Positions 24,950 through 40,982 are shown, counted from the first letter of the whole stretch. The stretch: 58,251 bases of DNA, filler included, from Sluysia triapertura (GCA_046118255.1; 4 parts of 4 records of this genome joined end to end with filler, not necessarily neighbours in it); one strand, 5' to 3'. Notes: a model not told the origin generated them from the sequence alone. Made by a program: numbers and translations.

Positions 24950-26300
24950 AATTAAAAGAGCATGCCATTAAATATTATTTTACACAGAGATCAACGAATT
25001 TACCTAGCCATGAATGCCAAGTTGACATCAAATATAGAAATTGCTCAGTGATATTTGGCATAAAGAAAGATATTACAGGAAGAGAAATAAACGTAGTAGA
25101 AAAAACTAAATTGTGAAATTTGCGTCCTAAAAGCACGGTATTGAAAGCTTATTAAAAGAACTCTGCTACTATTGCAAAGCAATTGACCGAATTCTAAAAG
25201 TACATGACAGAAAATTAAACAAGAATTTCATTTGAAATGACCACCGCTAACAAGTACTCTAACCATTAAAAATATCATTAATTATTTCCAGAAACCAATA
25301 ATAATTCATGCGTTACAGGACAAAACGATCAATATAGAAAAGAATGTAATTCCATACGAAACACGATTTTGGAAATAGAAAAGTGTATTAAGCAATTAAG
25401 CATTAATCTTTTAGGATATAAAATAAATCTATCACAGATCATAAGGCATTGATATACATACTAAATATCAAAACCCTAACCAGTAGACTGTCGATCGAGT
25501 TTAGTGTTGATGAAATATCAAAATAGAATATAAAAATGGTACGCATAAAAAAGCTGACTTTGTCTAAACTTGAAAACGTTAACAAAACCGGAGAGTTATG
25601 TGCAGAAGCAGACGTGAAAATGTGTGAAGAAATCGCATTTGATTGGCCACTAACTAGATATTAGAAAATGGTTTATTAAAATGTGTATCAAATTATACTA
25701 AGAAAAGGTTTTATCAGAATCTATTAAGGTGGCCCTAATGAGTTTTGCCTATAAGTAAAAAATTAAAACTAACCAAATTTGTGCTTCTTGAAAAAAACAT
25801 TGGAGTTAAACCTAACTCACTAAAACCAACTACTAAAAGAATAATAGGTACACATTAATGTTTTAAGATTGTCAAACTATTATCTACAGGGAACTCCTAA
25901 AATTGCTCACATATGTAATAAAACATCGTCAGTGTCACTGGCCATAATTATCAAATTCTTTGAAATTTGACTTGTTGAACGATTTAATGTGTTTCAGTCT
26001 TATGCTAATTGAAACAGAATGGAATATACATATTCGATATATTTGACCACTGAAGAAACTCTTACCTATTTAATCTCTAGTGGTCATTAAATTAGTACAA
26101 ATCTCAATCCCAATATTTGGAATCGCAAAATTATTAAATTAAATTACCCTCCAATTTCAGTGTGTAGATTAAACGAGGCCTGGATTAGAGATATAAACCA
26201 AAGAAATAGTGAAATTCAAAAATATATTGGCCACATTAAAAATACAAAATATAAAGCGAAAAGTAAAATAAGATTTGTCAACTAATAGTAGTACTCTAAA
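24950..26300 (+). mobile_element. Highly degenerate Ty3/Gypsy pol remnant (RNase H core ~25400-25570)
   Basis: ITDHKALIYILNIKTLTSRL and KIEYKNGTHKKAD match Gypsy RNase H/connection motifs (TDHKxL...RLARW; IxYxxGxxNxxADALS). Outer limits approximate. Confidence 0.7.
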
Positions 26301-26869
26301 TTTGTAACCGGTGGTATTTTAACTTCTTTGATTATATTAAATATTTCATTGAAATTATATTATACATTTCGATTAGTAGCACCACAAGTTTGAATGTTTT
26401 TAGCTCGTTTTTATCGTCATCATAATTCGACTGCGTCATAAATATTAAATAAGCTCAAATTTTTACTTGCTTAAAATTGCCTGTAGTCTTCAACACAATT
26501 ATAAATTTACAATATATTTGTTTGAAACGGGACTTTAAAATTTGTAAACTTTGCTCATCCGTCTTTAGCAAAGATAAATAAAAAGAACCGTGTATAATTT
26601 TATTTGGTATTTACATTGATCTTTCAGTTACTCAAAATCATTTAAGTGTGAATTATTTAAAATAAATATTTTAAAATTTTTTGAATAAAGTTTACGAATA
26701 ATCTTGATTTAACCAATTGACAATTACACAAATACAATTGTAATAATATCTGACATGAAATGAATAAGTCAAAAGAGCAAAATAAAACTTTGCTACTTAT
26801 ACAAACATTTAAAATAATATATAAAATTACAAAATATGAAAGTCATTGTGGAAAAATGAGAAATATAAA

Positions 26870-27545
26870 AATACATTTCTTCATAAATTTCAAACACAAC
26901 TCAAACACATTATTTCACTAAAATAATCATTGTCCATTCCATTACTGTAAAACTCGGAGCCGAAATGTTTTGCATCATAAATTTCTCCAAGTTCTGTCTT
27001 CCAAGTGTTGCAAAGTGTGATCTCAAAGAGCAATATCTGGACTAACTGGTATGTAGCCAAATTTTCCATTAAATTCTGTTAATGCATTCCGAATGACTTT
27101 TGAGATATTGTATTGCCATGAAGAAAACTTACACTTTTTATATTCATAAATACTGGCCAAATTTCTAACATTTTTGGCGTATTCAATTTAAGTGAAGACA
27201 AAGTATGCCAGACGTACCCTGTCATTTTCATCCACTTTGATGGATTCAACAGTCAGTCTTTATAATAAAAATGCAACTGAGATTCTTAGAACTTTCTGCT
27301 ATTTTTTATTATCTTTCCAAAGGGTTTTATGTAATATACAATTGTCTGCTTATTTTCAAGCATTGACTATTTCTCTACTTCAAAATTCCAAACCTCATTT
27401 TACAATTCTGAGCATCACCAGATTTGGGCTTCTGTAAGTCGTAGGTTCCTCATTTAAATTTTTGCAACCACTTTTCAAATGTTCTTCACTGGCTTTGGAA
27501 CCAGCTTTATACTCGAAAAGAATGTAATGTTGAATATAAACCTCA
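26870..27545 (-). mobile_element. Degenerate mariner transposase relic downstream of pbx
   Basis: Fragments HYILFEYKAGSKASE (HTH start), RTFEKWLQKFK, FLHGNT (xLHDNA) and PVSPDIAL*DHTL (YSPDLAPSDYHLF), with many stops and deletions. Confidence 0.75.
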
Positions 27546-27733
27546 CCATAAAAGCATCTAAAAATACTAAATAATAAAATATTTAAATTTGCTACCGTAG
27601 TAAATTTAAATATTTCCTAGTCCTTCGTTTTATGTTTGAAGTTGCTCATAAATTTCTTTACAATTTTTGTAAACGTTTATTTATTAAATACCACTCGAAC
27701 TACTTGTCAAAATGTTAGAACCACAAAAAAACA

Positions 27734-28954
<1,221 letters not shown>

Positions 28955-30371
28955 AGAGTAATAATTACGCACAATATAACCATCAACTAATTAAAATGGC
29001 AAACATTTAAATGACTTGCATTTTTTAATTTATTTTGATAATAAATTTGATAGATTTAAACAAATATTCTTTATTACGAAGAAAATTATTTACAAATAAT
29101 TTAATCAGAATATTAATAAGCTAATTTAATTTTATCAAATTTAAAATTATTTTTAATTATTTTAGGATTTTCTATTTTTTTATTATTTTTATGCATGATT
29201 TATTTTAATTATAACTTTTTTCTTTATTATTACTACTGTCCTCTTAATCTGTTTTTGATGTTAATTTCTCATGAAAATTTATTATCTTAGCTCATCAGTT
29301 TGTAAACAGAAAACCGCCTTCGCTTATATATCACATTTGATTGTTCATATACAATAAACTAAACGAATGCATCTACTCTCATAATATAGCGATTATTTTG
29401 TTGTTAAATTATGTATAAGTTTTGTCCTCTGTTTATGTCTATCAATTCAATAAATAATTTCTTTCAGGCTTGTCAATTAACATTTGTTAATATTCTCCAA
29501 AACAAGCAATTGTGCTTATAAAATTTAAGCATGATAAAGTGTATTAATTATTACTTAGCTTTTTAATTGATGTGTTTGAATAATATCATGTACCTTCTTT
29601 AATTTGATATAATTTTTCGAATATTTTTTCTAAAAAATTTATATAATTAGAAAATAAAGCATGATACTATATATAATAATTAGAACAAAAATTTAGTAAA
29701 ACAAAATAACAAAAATTTTTATCTAAGAAATAAATCAAACATGCAATGTCATGCAATTTAAACTACTTTTACTTCGAATTATTAAAGTTGAATTAAAAGG
29801 GACGAAATAATTTAGCTTAAACGAACAAATCGATATAACTGAGACATGTTATTCAATCTAATTAGCAAAATGGGTTTATTAAGATACTCATTACTGCAGA
29901 AACAAAAACGATTATTTCAAAATCTCATTCGACGTAATTCTTTTGTAACAGGTTGTGTCCGTATGTAAACTGATAAATCCTTATTTATATTTTTCATTAG
30001 TTTCATTAATAATTAAAATAAAACATATTTTAATATATTAATTGAAAATTTATTATTATAATTTTGTAAAAAAATAATATTAATAAATAATATTTCAAAT
30101 ACACAATTAATTAAATAATTTAAATACGATATATTTTAGAAAAATTATAAATTTTCAATATTACATGTAATTGTAAATTGTAAATTGTAATAAATAATAG
30201 TTTAATTTAATTTAGTTTATAACTGTGCATTCTATATAGGAGATATTCATTTTGATTTCTGGATTTTTATTATCTCTAAAATATAATGTAATCATTGATA
30301 AATATATAGCTGATAAAGATTTGGTAAATATGGGTTTGATCCTAAACCTTTACTAAATTATAAAGTAATAC

Positions 30372-30441
<70 letters not shown>
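30372..30441. repeat. (AAT)n microsatellite at contig end
   Basis: Pure AAT run up to the linker; similar runs at 3421-3461 and 13341-13373. Confidence 0.95.
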
Positions 30442-30541
30442 NNNNNNNNNNNNNNNNNNNNNNNNNNNNNNNNNNNNNNNNNNNNTTAATTAATTAANNN
30501 NNNNNNNNNNNNNNNNNNNNNNNNNNNNNNNNNNNNNNNNN
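30442..30541. other. Assembly linker (N44-TTAATTAATTAA-N44)
   Basis: Identical 100-bp spacer. Confidence 0.98.
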
Positions 30542-32899
30542 AATTGAAACTAACGTGACTTCTATTGATAAGATTTTTTCTCAAATGATAATTATTTTGC
30601 TCAATAGTCTTGTTAAAAAACTTTTAAAAACAAAGTTGTATTACAAAATAACAATGTTGTAAAAAAATGTGTTTAAAATGTTGTAATGCTTTAATTTATA
30701 TATTGTTTTAACCTGACCTTGAGAGGTCAGATTAAAACAAAATTATCAAGATTTAAATTAAAAAATTTTTAAAAATAGTAATCACGTTAGTATTTTAAAT
30801 AAAATATTTAAATATGAAAATTCTTACTTTTAATAGTCCACTTAAAATTATTAACTGATTAAATAAAAATCCGAAAATTTTTACGAAACTAATAAATAAT
30901 TAATTATAAAAATCCAATAAAACGTCATGAATAATTTTTACATAATAAACATAATTTAAGATTAAAGTATGTTGCGAATTGTTTGAGCTGAATGCAGAAG
31001 TTTGCTATGCTAGAGATGGTTGAGATATTAGTTGATTTGTTGTTGTATATGAGTTAATGAAGTGTTGTGATTGTCAAATGTTGTTTTTATGATGTTTGTG
31101 TTGGTATAATTCGGAAGTAAAAAGTATGACTGTTGGGAAAATTGCATCTTAATGAAATTTGATTTAGGTTTAGTATTTTGATTGGGTTTGAATTATGAAT
31201 GTTGACCACTACAAGTTATAAAGTGAACACATTTATGTAATAAATTAAAATTAGATTGTCTTAATTTTTTTTACAAATATTTTGTCATAATTAGTATTAT
31301 AAACTGACTGATCACATTTTTCAATTTTACCTTTACTTACTTACCGAATCACGTCATCGTTTTTGTTAGAAATTAGTATAACCGGAGTACTTGTTTCAGC
31401 TAATGTTTATTCTTACTATTTTAAATGTTTTGTATTATTATCATTCTTTATCATTTTTAAGTGAAAATATTTTGCCCTTAATTGTATCAAAATTAACCAT
31501 TTTTAAGTATACTAAACTACATTCACGGTTTTTCACATCGTAAATAATAATATATTTTCCATAAAAAACTATATCTTTTCCAAGTTCCAGAAAGGTATTT
31601 TTAACATTTTCTTTGTATCTTGGTCAAAGGTTATTTCTGTGTTCTTAATTTCAATTATATAAGTATTGATGTAGATGTTTTATTACCTTAGTTTATTAAA
31701 CTCCTAGCAAATATGTAATTTCACGTTTTCCTGAAGTCAATGATTTATAATCGTGCATGACACTGCTTCAGGATTTTTCTCTTAATTGCAAATACTTATG
31801 TAAGACTTCCCTATCCTTGACAAATTTTCTATGAATGTTAATTTATTTTTTAATTATTAATTTAACACTTGTCTCTTGAGTTCTTTAAAATGTCAACACT
31901 CATTTCAATTAAATAAATAAACAATACAAGTCCTAAGTTCTATTACGAAAAAATTATAGAATAAATTATCACACTACTTTTATGATGCAGAACAAAATAT
32001 AATATATGAAGTATATAAAGTATTATATAAATTATAGTAATTATATATATCAATTAAAAAGTAAGTTTTTTTGCTTAATTTAATGTTAATTTTAAAAATT
32101 TAAATGTTAAGCCAGATTTAATATCTGGGTGTTAAACATTAATAGATTTTAAGTATGTTTTTGATCCTAAATTATTATAGGATATACTTAAAACAGTAAA
32201 CCTTACGTATTCATGAAAACAAAAGAAATTAGAAAATCATAATCTGTAAATCAGCGATCGTATCTTGTTGATTGTACCAATAAATCTTCTAACAACTTAT
32301 GTCTTTAATCTGAATTGTCGAAAAATCGTTTGGATCAAAATATACGAGAATATTAGTTTGAATTCACGAGTTTTTTGAGCGTAATTTCTTTGTTGAGTGT
32401 GATTATTTAACAATTTTTCTTTTTATATATTTCTATTAATTACCGTTAATATAATAATAAAATTACCATAAAATACCATAAAATATAAATCAATGTAATT
32501 CTGTTTTTCAATAAGCTTTTATCAAAATTTTATTGTTGATTTTATTATTTAGAAAACTTTATTACAGATTTTATTACCTTGATAAATATTTTAATACTAC
32601 TTCAATAATTTAATATTTTAATAAATTTTTTATTATTATTTCAATAAAAGTTTTACAATTTTATTTTTCTATTCATTTTTACAATAATTAAATTTAAAAA
32701 AAATTTATTTACAATGGAATCAATTTTTATTACGACTATCTGTATTAGATTTAGAAGAAAATTAAAATTTATTCACTATACATACACAGTATTTACACTA
32801 TCAATAAGTATCAATAACTAATACTTATCGAATCTTACTTCTTTTTGGCCGAAATTCTCCATATTCATAAGTACCATGAGAAGTTAAACTTATAGCATT

Positions 32900-34800
32900 T
32901 TCTTGTGTAATTTCAAGGTATTTTTCTATTGTTAGTTGCTTAAACAATGAAATATGACTGTTATGTTCACACCACCTAATTGATAATTTTCCAATGCACG
33001 TTCATTGCTTTAGTTTAAATATAACCTCTTGATAAATATGATAAATGGGATCAGATTACTTAATAAATTTATTTGGATCCGCATTTGGACATTTTTCTAC
33101 ATCCATTAATGTAAATTTTGATCCAAATGTTATGTTTTCACAATCAAATAACTTAATAAATTGTGCCAACATATTTATATTATTATGATTATTATTGGTT
33201 AGTTCAATTTTCACGCTTTCATTTATATTTAGATTTTTATTATCGTCATTGTCATTATTTAAATTAGCATCAAATTTATTTTAGTTTTGACAACACCAAC
33301 ATCTTGAATATCATCCATCCTATTTGAGTTACATTATCTGCCAGAATATCTTTACCAAAGACTTTTGTAATAGTATTTGTATTTGGCTTAGTAGGCACAC
33401 AATCACAATCAACAATATGTTCATCGCCATTGATTTTATCATTTTTAAATATTAATGCTGTATCATTGTTTAATATATTTAACAACATATGAGTTAATAA
33501 TTTGTCGGAACTTGTATCGTATGTCTGTTAACTCCATATGAAAGTATGAGGCAAAGTTGTTTTATTATTTTTATTTCGACAATAATGCCATACTTCTTTA
33601 AGTAAGCTTTTTGAATGTACAGTTTAAGAAAATGTACATTACCTTGTAATAATTGTATTATTTTTTCACTAGTACCATTGGCATCTATCGGTACTATATT
33701 TACATATTCAATTATATCTCCCGTATTTGTACATTAGTATTAATTAATTCGGTACTAATCTTGACATCATCAATAATATCAACATCCATTTATTATCAGT
33801 TACTTCTTTCTTGATTATTATCCTTTGTTAATAATGTAAAAAGTTACTCGTGCCAATTTTATTATCTTGAGGTGTTTAATCATTTAAATTTTGCCTTTCA
33901 ATTGTAGAGTCAACTGTTTTATTACTTCTTTTAGATTTTTATTTTGTTCATTAGATGAATTAACTTGATTGCACAATACTTGAGAAACTGGACGTGTATT
34001 ACATTTTCGTTTATTTCTATTTTCTGAGTTACTTCTGCTTCTATTATTATTATATGAATTTCTATATCAACAATTATTGTCTGTTTTCTTCCAAATAGCG
34101 CATGGTTTATTTGTATATGTACTTTATTTTGTTGCCTTGCTTTATTATAAATTGTGTATTGAGACTAAAATATTTTGTTATTCATATTGTACACCTTATA
34201 ATTATACAACTTCTTTCTATCATTGTTAAAACGTATATTAGTAGAAAAATTAATGCATTTAAAATTATTTTGATTATTCGAAAATTTATTCATTTGTCTA
34301 TTTGTTTTAGTACGATTTATAGACTCATGGTCATCATACTAGACTGGTGCATAATTCCTGTTCTACTTTCTATATGTGATACTAAGTCATCTAAAGTATT
34401 TAAGTCTAACATCCATAGTTGTGTTAACACCAATCAATAAATTTTTCAGTAATTATTTCAATTTTTTCTTCGTGTGTAAAACTTCAGTACACTTTATTTG
34501 CTAATTGTTTTAAATCAAATAAAAATTTTGTGACTGTTTCTTTACTGCCTTGTATCCTGCTTCGAATCTTTAAGCTACACTGATTCCTAAAATCACGAAT
34601 TAAATTTTGCATGGATTTTTATTGATATAGGAAATGTTCAAACTTTTTAAGTGAAGCGGATAGCGTTTACCCTAGGCTTCCTTATCCCATAAACATTTAC
34701 ATAAAGCTGATACTGATTGACAAAGTTTGATATAGTGTCTGGATTTTCTTCAAAAGATTCCAGTTGGAGGAATAAATATCTTATTGGCTCGATATTCATT
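32900..34800 (-). mobile_element. Degenerate LTR-retrotransposon gag(-protease) region
   Basis: MNIEPIRYLFLQLESFEENPDTISNFVNQYQLY and RIQGSKETVTKFLFDLKQLANK (retrotransposon gag 'RxQxxxExVxxYxxxLxxLA'); many stops and frameshifts downstream. Confidence 0.5.
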
Positions 34801-35458
34801 TCGTTTTTCCTTGAAGTTTTTGACGTATAATGTTAAATCGGAAATTACAAACATATTTTTTGACTAAAACAATTCTATATCATTATAATAAAACTTTACT
34901 GGGGTGACCTCCCAAAATTAGTAAATAAAAATAAGACTTGAATATATATCAAATACATATATAACTAATTGCAAAATTTACATACTTGAAAACATTGTTT
35001 CCGTCTGATAGATTATTGTGTTGCTTTTAGTTTTATTATTCGGACCTTATTTAAATGCTTTGAGGAGGTATAGTGCCTGATGAAGTCGCTCTTTTGTTTA
35101 TTTCCTTGATCTGATTCGCACTTATTGAAAATATTTACAATGTCGTGATAATTTGTGAAATTTTTCCTTACTAAAATTCTTTCAGCAAATATAAACTTAA
35201 TAACTCACGGGTTCGCCTCTAATCGATGATTTATATCCTAAAGGAAGACAAAGCTACAGGGTTTGAATGTATGGAGGGTCTACGTGTAAGAAGATTTCTA
35301 AAACACTGAATATCAAAAATGCACGAAAGAGTATTTTCTAAAGACTGTTATTTTCACATAATTAGTCTTTCAATTTTAATGGTAAAATTTATTAAACGTT
35401 GACAACATTGTTAGTTAATTCCAATAGTAATCAAAATAATTAACTAAGATTATGTATA

Positions 35459-35601
35459 TGTTAGACTGACCGGGGATCAAACCCTGGACCTTCTCTGCGC
35501 AGTTCAAATGCTCTACCACTGAGCTATCAGCCCCGTCTAACAATTTTATTTTATTACAGTCAATTTTACCACATGGCTCCTTAGGCCTTTTTACCCCTAC
35601 A
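35459..35601 (-). mobile_element. tRNA-bearing solo-LTR-like element, copy 2
   Basis: Minus strand reads TGTAGGGG...GGGCTGATAGCTCAGTGGTAGAGC...GGTTTGATCCCCGGTCAGTCTAACA. TSD TATA at 35455-35458 / 35602-35605. Lacks the CATTTTACGA-containing segment of copy 1 (deletion between two AGTC repeats). Confidence 0.85.
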
Positions 35602-37371
35602 TATATATTTTGTAAAATAAACGCAATAACAAAAATTTATATAATTGTACAAAATGGTTTTAATAACTACAAAATTTAGTGACTAAATGTATGCAATTTA
35701 AATCAACAAAACTAACTCTTAATGTACCATGATCAAATAATAAAATAATCAAAGTATACTGAAGCAATAATATGTTAATATTAAGGTTACCCCCAAAAAT
35801 GATTTTAAGTCTGAAATTATTCTAGGCTGTTATTCTTAATATTGTACGGGAACTTACGATTGCATAGAAACAAATTTCAATATCGAAGAAGTCTTGCCCA
35901 AATAATAGTTTAAATATGATTGCCGAATGAAAACGGAACGATATCAATTGAAGAAATATACCAAGTATGGAATATCCAAAATCGTCAATCAAAATCTTCA
36001 GTGAACAATTATTAATAGCTAAAATATAACGTCTGAGTAAAAGTAGAAATGATCTGATTCATTGTATTTCTGTAAATTGATGGTGCATGATTAAAATAAA
36101 TATTTATTTAATTATTTGGATTGCGTGATTAAAATAAATATTCTATTCCTTTAAAAATTTAATTGTTTGAAGATTAAATATTTTCATTGATTGTTTGATA
36201 AAAAGATAAATATTTCATTCATCTTATAGAATTAGAAATTTAATTGTTTTTAGAGACTTAATTATTTAAAAATAAGACTACCAGAATTAGAAATTTAATT
36301 GTTTGAAATAAAAGACAATATTAGTGAACGTAATTTAATTTGATAATTTATTTATTAACAAATCTACAGTTTCTTAAATTTTACTTTTATATGACTAGGT
36401 TTATTAATATCGCTTGATTTTTCATCAAATGTAGTATTGTGAATCATCCTTCGATTCTTTATTATTTGAAATTTCAATATAGTCTTTAGAGCCATTATGC
36501 AAGAGAAAGTTAGTGCAGAAAGTTCAGAAAGACTCGATTTGCCTATAGAGAAATTTCATTATTATTTTATTCTATTTATTTGTTAAGTTATTTTAAAGTT
36601 TAAAGATTCTTTTTTTGGGCTGTTTAAATGTTTGTGATTATGGTTTTATAAATTTAGTTTGCTATGTGTGAATTTTATTATTATATATAATTTTATTATT
36701 ATGATGTTATTAACTTCAAAGTTACAAATCTTTAAATATTCAAAATTGTAAAACTTAAAAATTAATAAACGAGACGCCCGTATTATAAACAACTAAAAAG
36801 AATAAATAGACCATCAAATTACTAACCCTTTTCAGATCACCTTAATATATATTTTAGTCGACTGCTAAAGAATAAACCTCATTCTCATTGTTTTCCACAT
36901 AGTCCTTAAGGCTAAAAGTCTTTAATTCCTCCTTTGTCTTTTTGGTCTTCTTTTTTCTACAAAAATATGACTGCTTTTTTAGCAGTTTGAAAATCTTTTG
37001 GGAAATTGGAAATTGTACAAGACTGAATGTAGTGTCACACTTTAACACGACATACATATCATGCATCATCACTATCAACTACATCACAAACATTAATCAC
37101 ACTACATCATATAACATATATCGTACATCACATCCACTATCACCATCGACTACATAGAACTCATCACAAACAGATCACATCAAAATAAAACAAGTTTAAA
37201 CATCCGCAGTATCGCATCTTATCTCAAATAGATTACAAACACATAATAAAATCTTTTTATTAAAATCATTTTTGTAATACTCTCTAAAAAACGTAACGCC
37301 TATTGCCACTCCATCAACACTATTGCACTACTTTTTAGTGTACTTTTTATTGAATTTTTATAAGGAGAAAA

Positions 37372-38650
37372 TTGGTTAATGAATTTATTAAACTTCTATA
37401 CCTTACTTTTATCGTCATTTATCATTGTATTATTAGGATTCAGAGAGTTTGCTTTAATGCAAGAACTTTGTTTATAGAAAGTGTTGAAAAGTATTTAAAT
37501 ATTTCCATTTATCCGAATGAACCAAAAAAAATATTTTTGTCTATTTTACTATCTACACTTCGAGTCGGAAAAAAGTTAATTGTAATAAGTGAACATTTAA
37601 TGGGTTGTTTAAAAGATTGTATTTTATAAACCTATGTTACAACTAGGAAGAGATAAAAATCCAGATGGTGCATTGAAAAGTTTGTTTGTGACTTCAAATA
37701 TATACGTTCGTCAACAATGCAATCAATAAATTTACATGAAGATATTCTTAATCTCCTTTCATTATATTATAACACATTTGGTGTTAATGAAGTTAAAAAG
37801 CCAATATTTGAAGTACTGTAAATTTCTATTAACTTTGAACTAAAACTATTTGGACATAATAACAAATGATGTCACTTTTAACAGAATTAAGTAACGTAAA
37901 ACCAGTAGTAATTGTAGTATTTAATTTAGTCTATGAATATAGAACTAGCAAACAAGAAAAGCACATCCTTAAAATGGCTGAACAATTGTTAGTACAATAA
38001 CCAGATGAAGTGTTGAAGCAACTTTATTCAGATTTATCTCCTTACGCGAGGATAATAACTTTAGCTACTATTTTACATCTCGTTTGGTAAAGTCATAGAA
38101 TTGGATTGATGTTAAGTTTTTAGAAAGAGCTCATGTTTGTAATAATTATGCGATATCACCAAATAATGTCATAGGCATTTCTAATAAATTTAATAATATT
38201 TAAATAACTTAGATTTAGATACATATTTTTGTTATAGTGTGCACTTGTCTTAAGAATTTCAAGTACCTTTTATTAGCTTTAATATATATTTTTGGAAATG
38301 AAAATACATGTTCAGCAAAAGCCGAATTTTATCCAAGACCGGAAATCATCCATTTGACAAACCTACTGGCGTCATGTATTTTTATTACTTCCGAATTATT
38401 TTTTTTTGGATTCTGGGGTAGTGAAATCCGAATACGGAATTTAGAAAATGATGATTGTGTTTGTTTAGGTTCTGGACTTTTAACCGCTGTTGAAGGCACG
38501 TTTAAACATTTCAATGTGAGATTTAATCAACAAATATTAGCTACTTCTCATTTTGATTTATCCATTAACATCGATTTGCACTGTAAGATTTTTGTTTCTA
38601 GTTCTCATTTTAACTTAATAAATGCGAAAAGTTTTTATTTTGGTTTTTAA
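37372..38650 (+). pseudogene. Decayed ORF(s) of unknown family
   Basis: Protein-like segments with sparse stops (e.g. SRWCIEKFVCDFKYIRSSTMQSINLHEDILNLLSYYYNTFG; MSLLTELSNVKPVVIVVFNLVYEYRTSKQEKHILKMAEQLLVQ*PDEVLKQLY). Confidence 0.35.
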
Positions 38651-38969
38651 TTTTCATGTTTTCAGGCCTTGGACAAATTGTAATTCAAAATATTTTAAAA
38701 TATATGAACCTTTTTATTCCCTTTTTAGTTTAACCATAACTAATTGTAGCCAGCTAGATAATAATGAAATTAAACCGGATTTTTCAGAATTAAATTATTC
38801 ATTTCGATATTAGCTTACAAGTCAACATTAAAAATTTTACCTAAATCATCGAGCACATTAATAACTCTTTACTGGTTGTATCGAAAAAACTTTAAGTATT
38901 TCCTAATCAATCCTGAGTTTTACAATCGAACAATCTAACACAAAAATCGAGAGTAGACTGACAATTACA

Positions 38970-39455
38970 TGGTCTTTCAAACTTTATTAGTTACAAAACA
39001 CAAAAATTTGATTAATCTACTGAATCTATTTTTATTTAAATTACTTCTCGCATTAAAAAAACAATATTGTTAACAAACAAAATTAATGAATTTAATTTTA
39101 GTTTTTAGAATTTAATTGATTTTCACACCCCATTTTCTAATGAAAAATTTTTAAGGTTCTAATTCTAAAGTGAACCATTTTACAAACATTTTAAGCACAT
39201 TTCTAGATTCTCTTCTTTCGTAGCAATCATCTCATACTCAAATCATTATATTTTCATCATTCTATGTATAAAAAATTCAAAATTTCATAATTAAGAATTA
39301 ATTAAAATTTGACTTTCTCAATATTAAGGATTTTGTTACACAAACCCTGTTAAACTTTACCTTCATCGAAAGGTCTTTAAATTTAAAGGTCTTCAAATTT
39401 AATATAGCATTCCGCATTCAAATTTTATTCACAAAAACGTACTTTTTAATAATTA
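38970..39455 (-). repeat. LTR-like repeat family A, 3' part
   Basis: Reverse complement aligns with 8360-8905 (e.g. AAAGTCAAATTTTAATTAATTCTTAATTATG, TATGAGATGATTGCTA, TTTTCATTAGAAAATGG). Confidence 0.85.
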
Positions 39456-39499
39456 TTTAATAAAGCTGTACCATATAATTTTATTGTTCTTATTTTGTT

Positions 39500-40690
39500 T
39501 TGGTGGGGAAGATTTGTGAAATGTTTGTGGATGTGTATTATGTAGCGTGAGTGATGAAGTGTCGTTCGTTTTATTTGTGGAAGCTTGTCTGAATGGGGTT
39601 TGTGGGAGTTATTTTAGTGGTGTACTGTGCAGTGGCTTACGACACAGTATGACGCGCTCTTAAATGTTTTGTCTTGTGCTCTTGGAAGTGTGCTGCAATA
39701 TTTTGTAGTGTTTATCGTCGTTTTGTCCTACGTGAATTAGTAACGGGTGGTTGTCTTTGTTGTTTATTGATTTATTATTTGCTAGAGAGTATTGGTTAAA
39801 ATCTGAGCGTATCTGTGTAGACTCTTATTCAGTTGATAGATTTAGTTTATTAGTTGATCTTGGTCGGTTTTTTAATATATTTGTTTTGTTGGGTTGTGTT
39901 TGATGGCATAGTGTGACATGTATTGGAATTAAGGGACCAATAAACATGTTTTTGTTATTGAGTCTTTTTATGGTATTGTTTCGGTTTAAGTTGTGATCTT
40001 TTTAGAATTGATTTTGTACCGAGCTGAATACAAGTATGTTGTTGGTCCTTGATTGGTTTAATGCATTGATTTGCATAAACTCTGCCCATCTGTTTATTGA
40101 GTTTATAGTTGAATGATCATGTTTGGTACGAGTTGATTTAGCCGCTTGTGCGTTACAATGTTGTTGGAATGTTGCAGGGTTATAATGGTTGAATGTAGTT
40201 TGGAGTTGGATTTTATTGCTTATATTTTTAATCTTATCATTAAATGAAGATTTGAAAAGGGTTGGTTCTCTCATGGGTAATGTGGTGTTGATGTATTGCA
40301 GTAATGCGGTATTTAATAGGGTATTTACATTATATTTGTTATATCTTAGGATCTTTGTGGGTTTTTGGCAGTTAGATATGTCGTGTATTTTATTTTGGCG
40401 GTTGTTTGTGTTGCGTATTTTATTTATATCGATTTTTATACTTATACTTATACTTATACTTATTCTGTGCCTCTTTAGGTGTTGGATTACTCTGGGTTTT
40501 TGAGACATTATTAACTTTATTTACATTGAGATTTTGCTTATGTTTCACTTTATTATTTTTATTTATTTTTATCAGATATTTTTGTTGAGGATTTATTTTT
40601 ATTAAAGACAGGTGCATTATGAGCACCATAAAAATAAACGGCATTTGGTGTGTCAAGAGTGATTGGGGACATTTTATCGGTTTTCCCCGG
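39500..40690 (-). mobile_element. Possible Penelope-like RT relic, strongly strand-skewed
   Basis: LPKTHK followed by LPMR resembles the PLE RT motif LPKIHK...PLRPI; the rest is unreadable. Confidence 0.3.
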
Positions 40691-40982
40691 AGACCATTTT
40701 AGTTTTATTTATTTTAGAATTATAACATTTGTTTATTATTTATTGAATTATTATTATCAACTGAATTACAATTAATTTTATTATTTAATCTATTATAAAA
40801 ATTCTTATAAAATTTTAAACAAGTATGATTACACAAATGGTGCACGTATTAGGTGCATTATTAAACAAAATATTTATAATATGATAATATAACATAAGTT
40901 TATTTATTATCCACAAAATTGAATTTTTAATCACTCTTGACATATAGTTATAGTACATGATATTAAATAAATAACTTTGACA

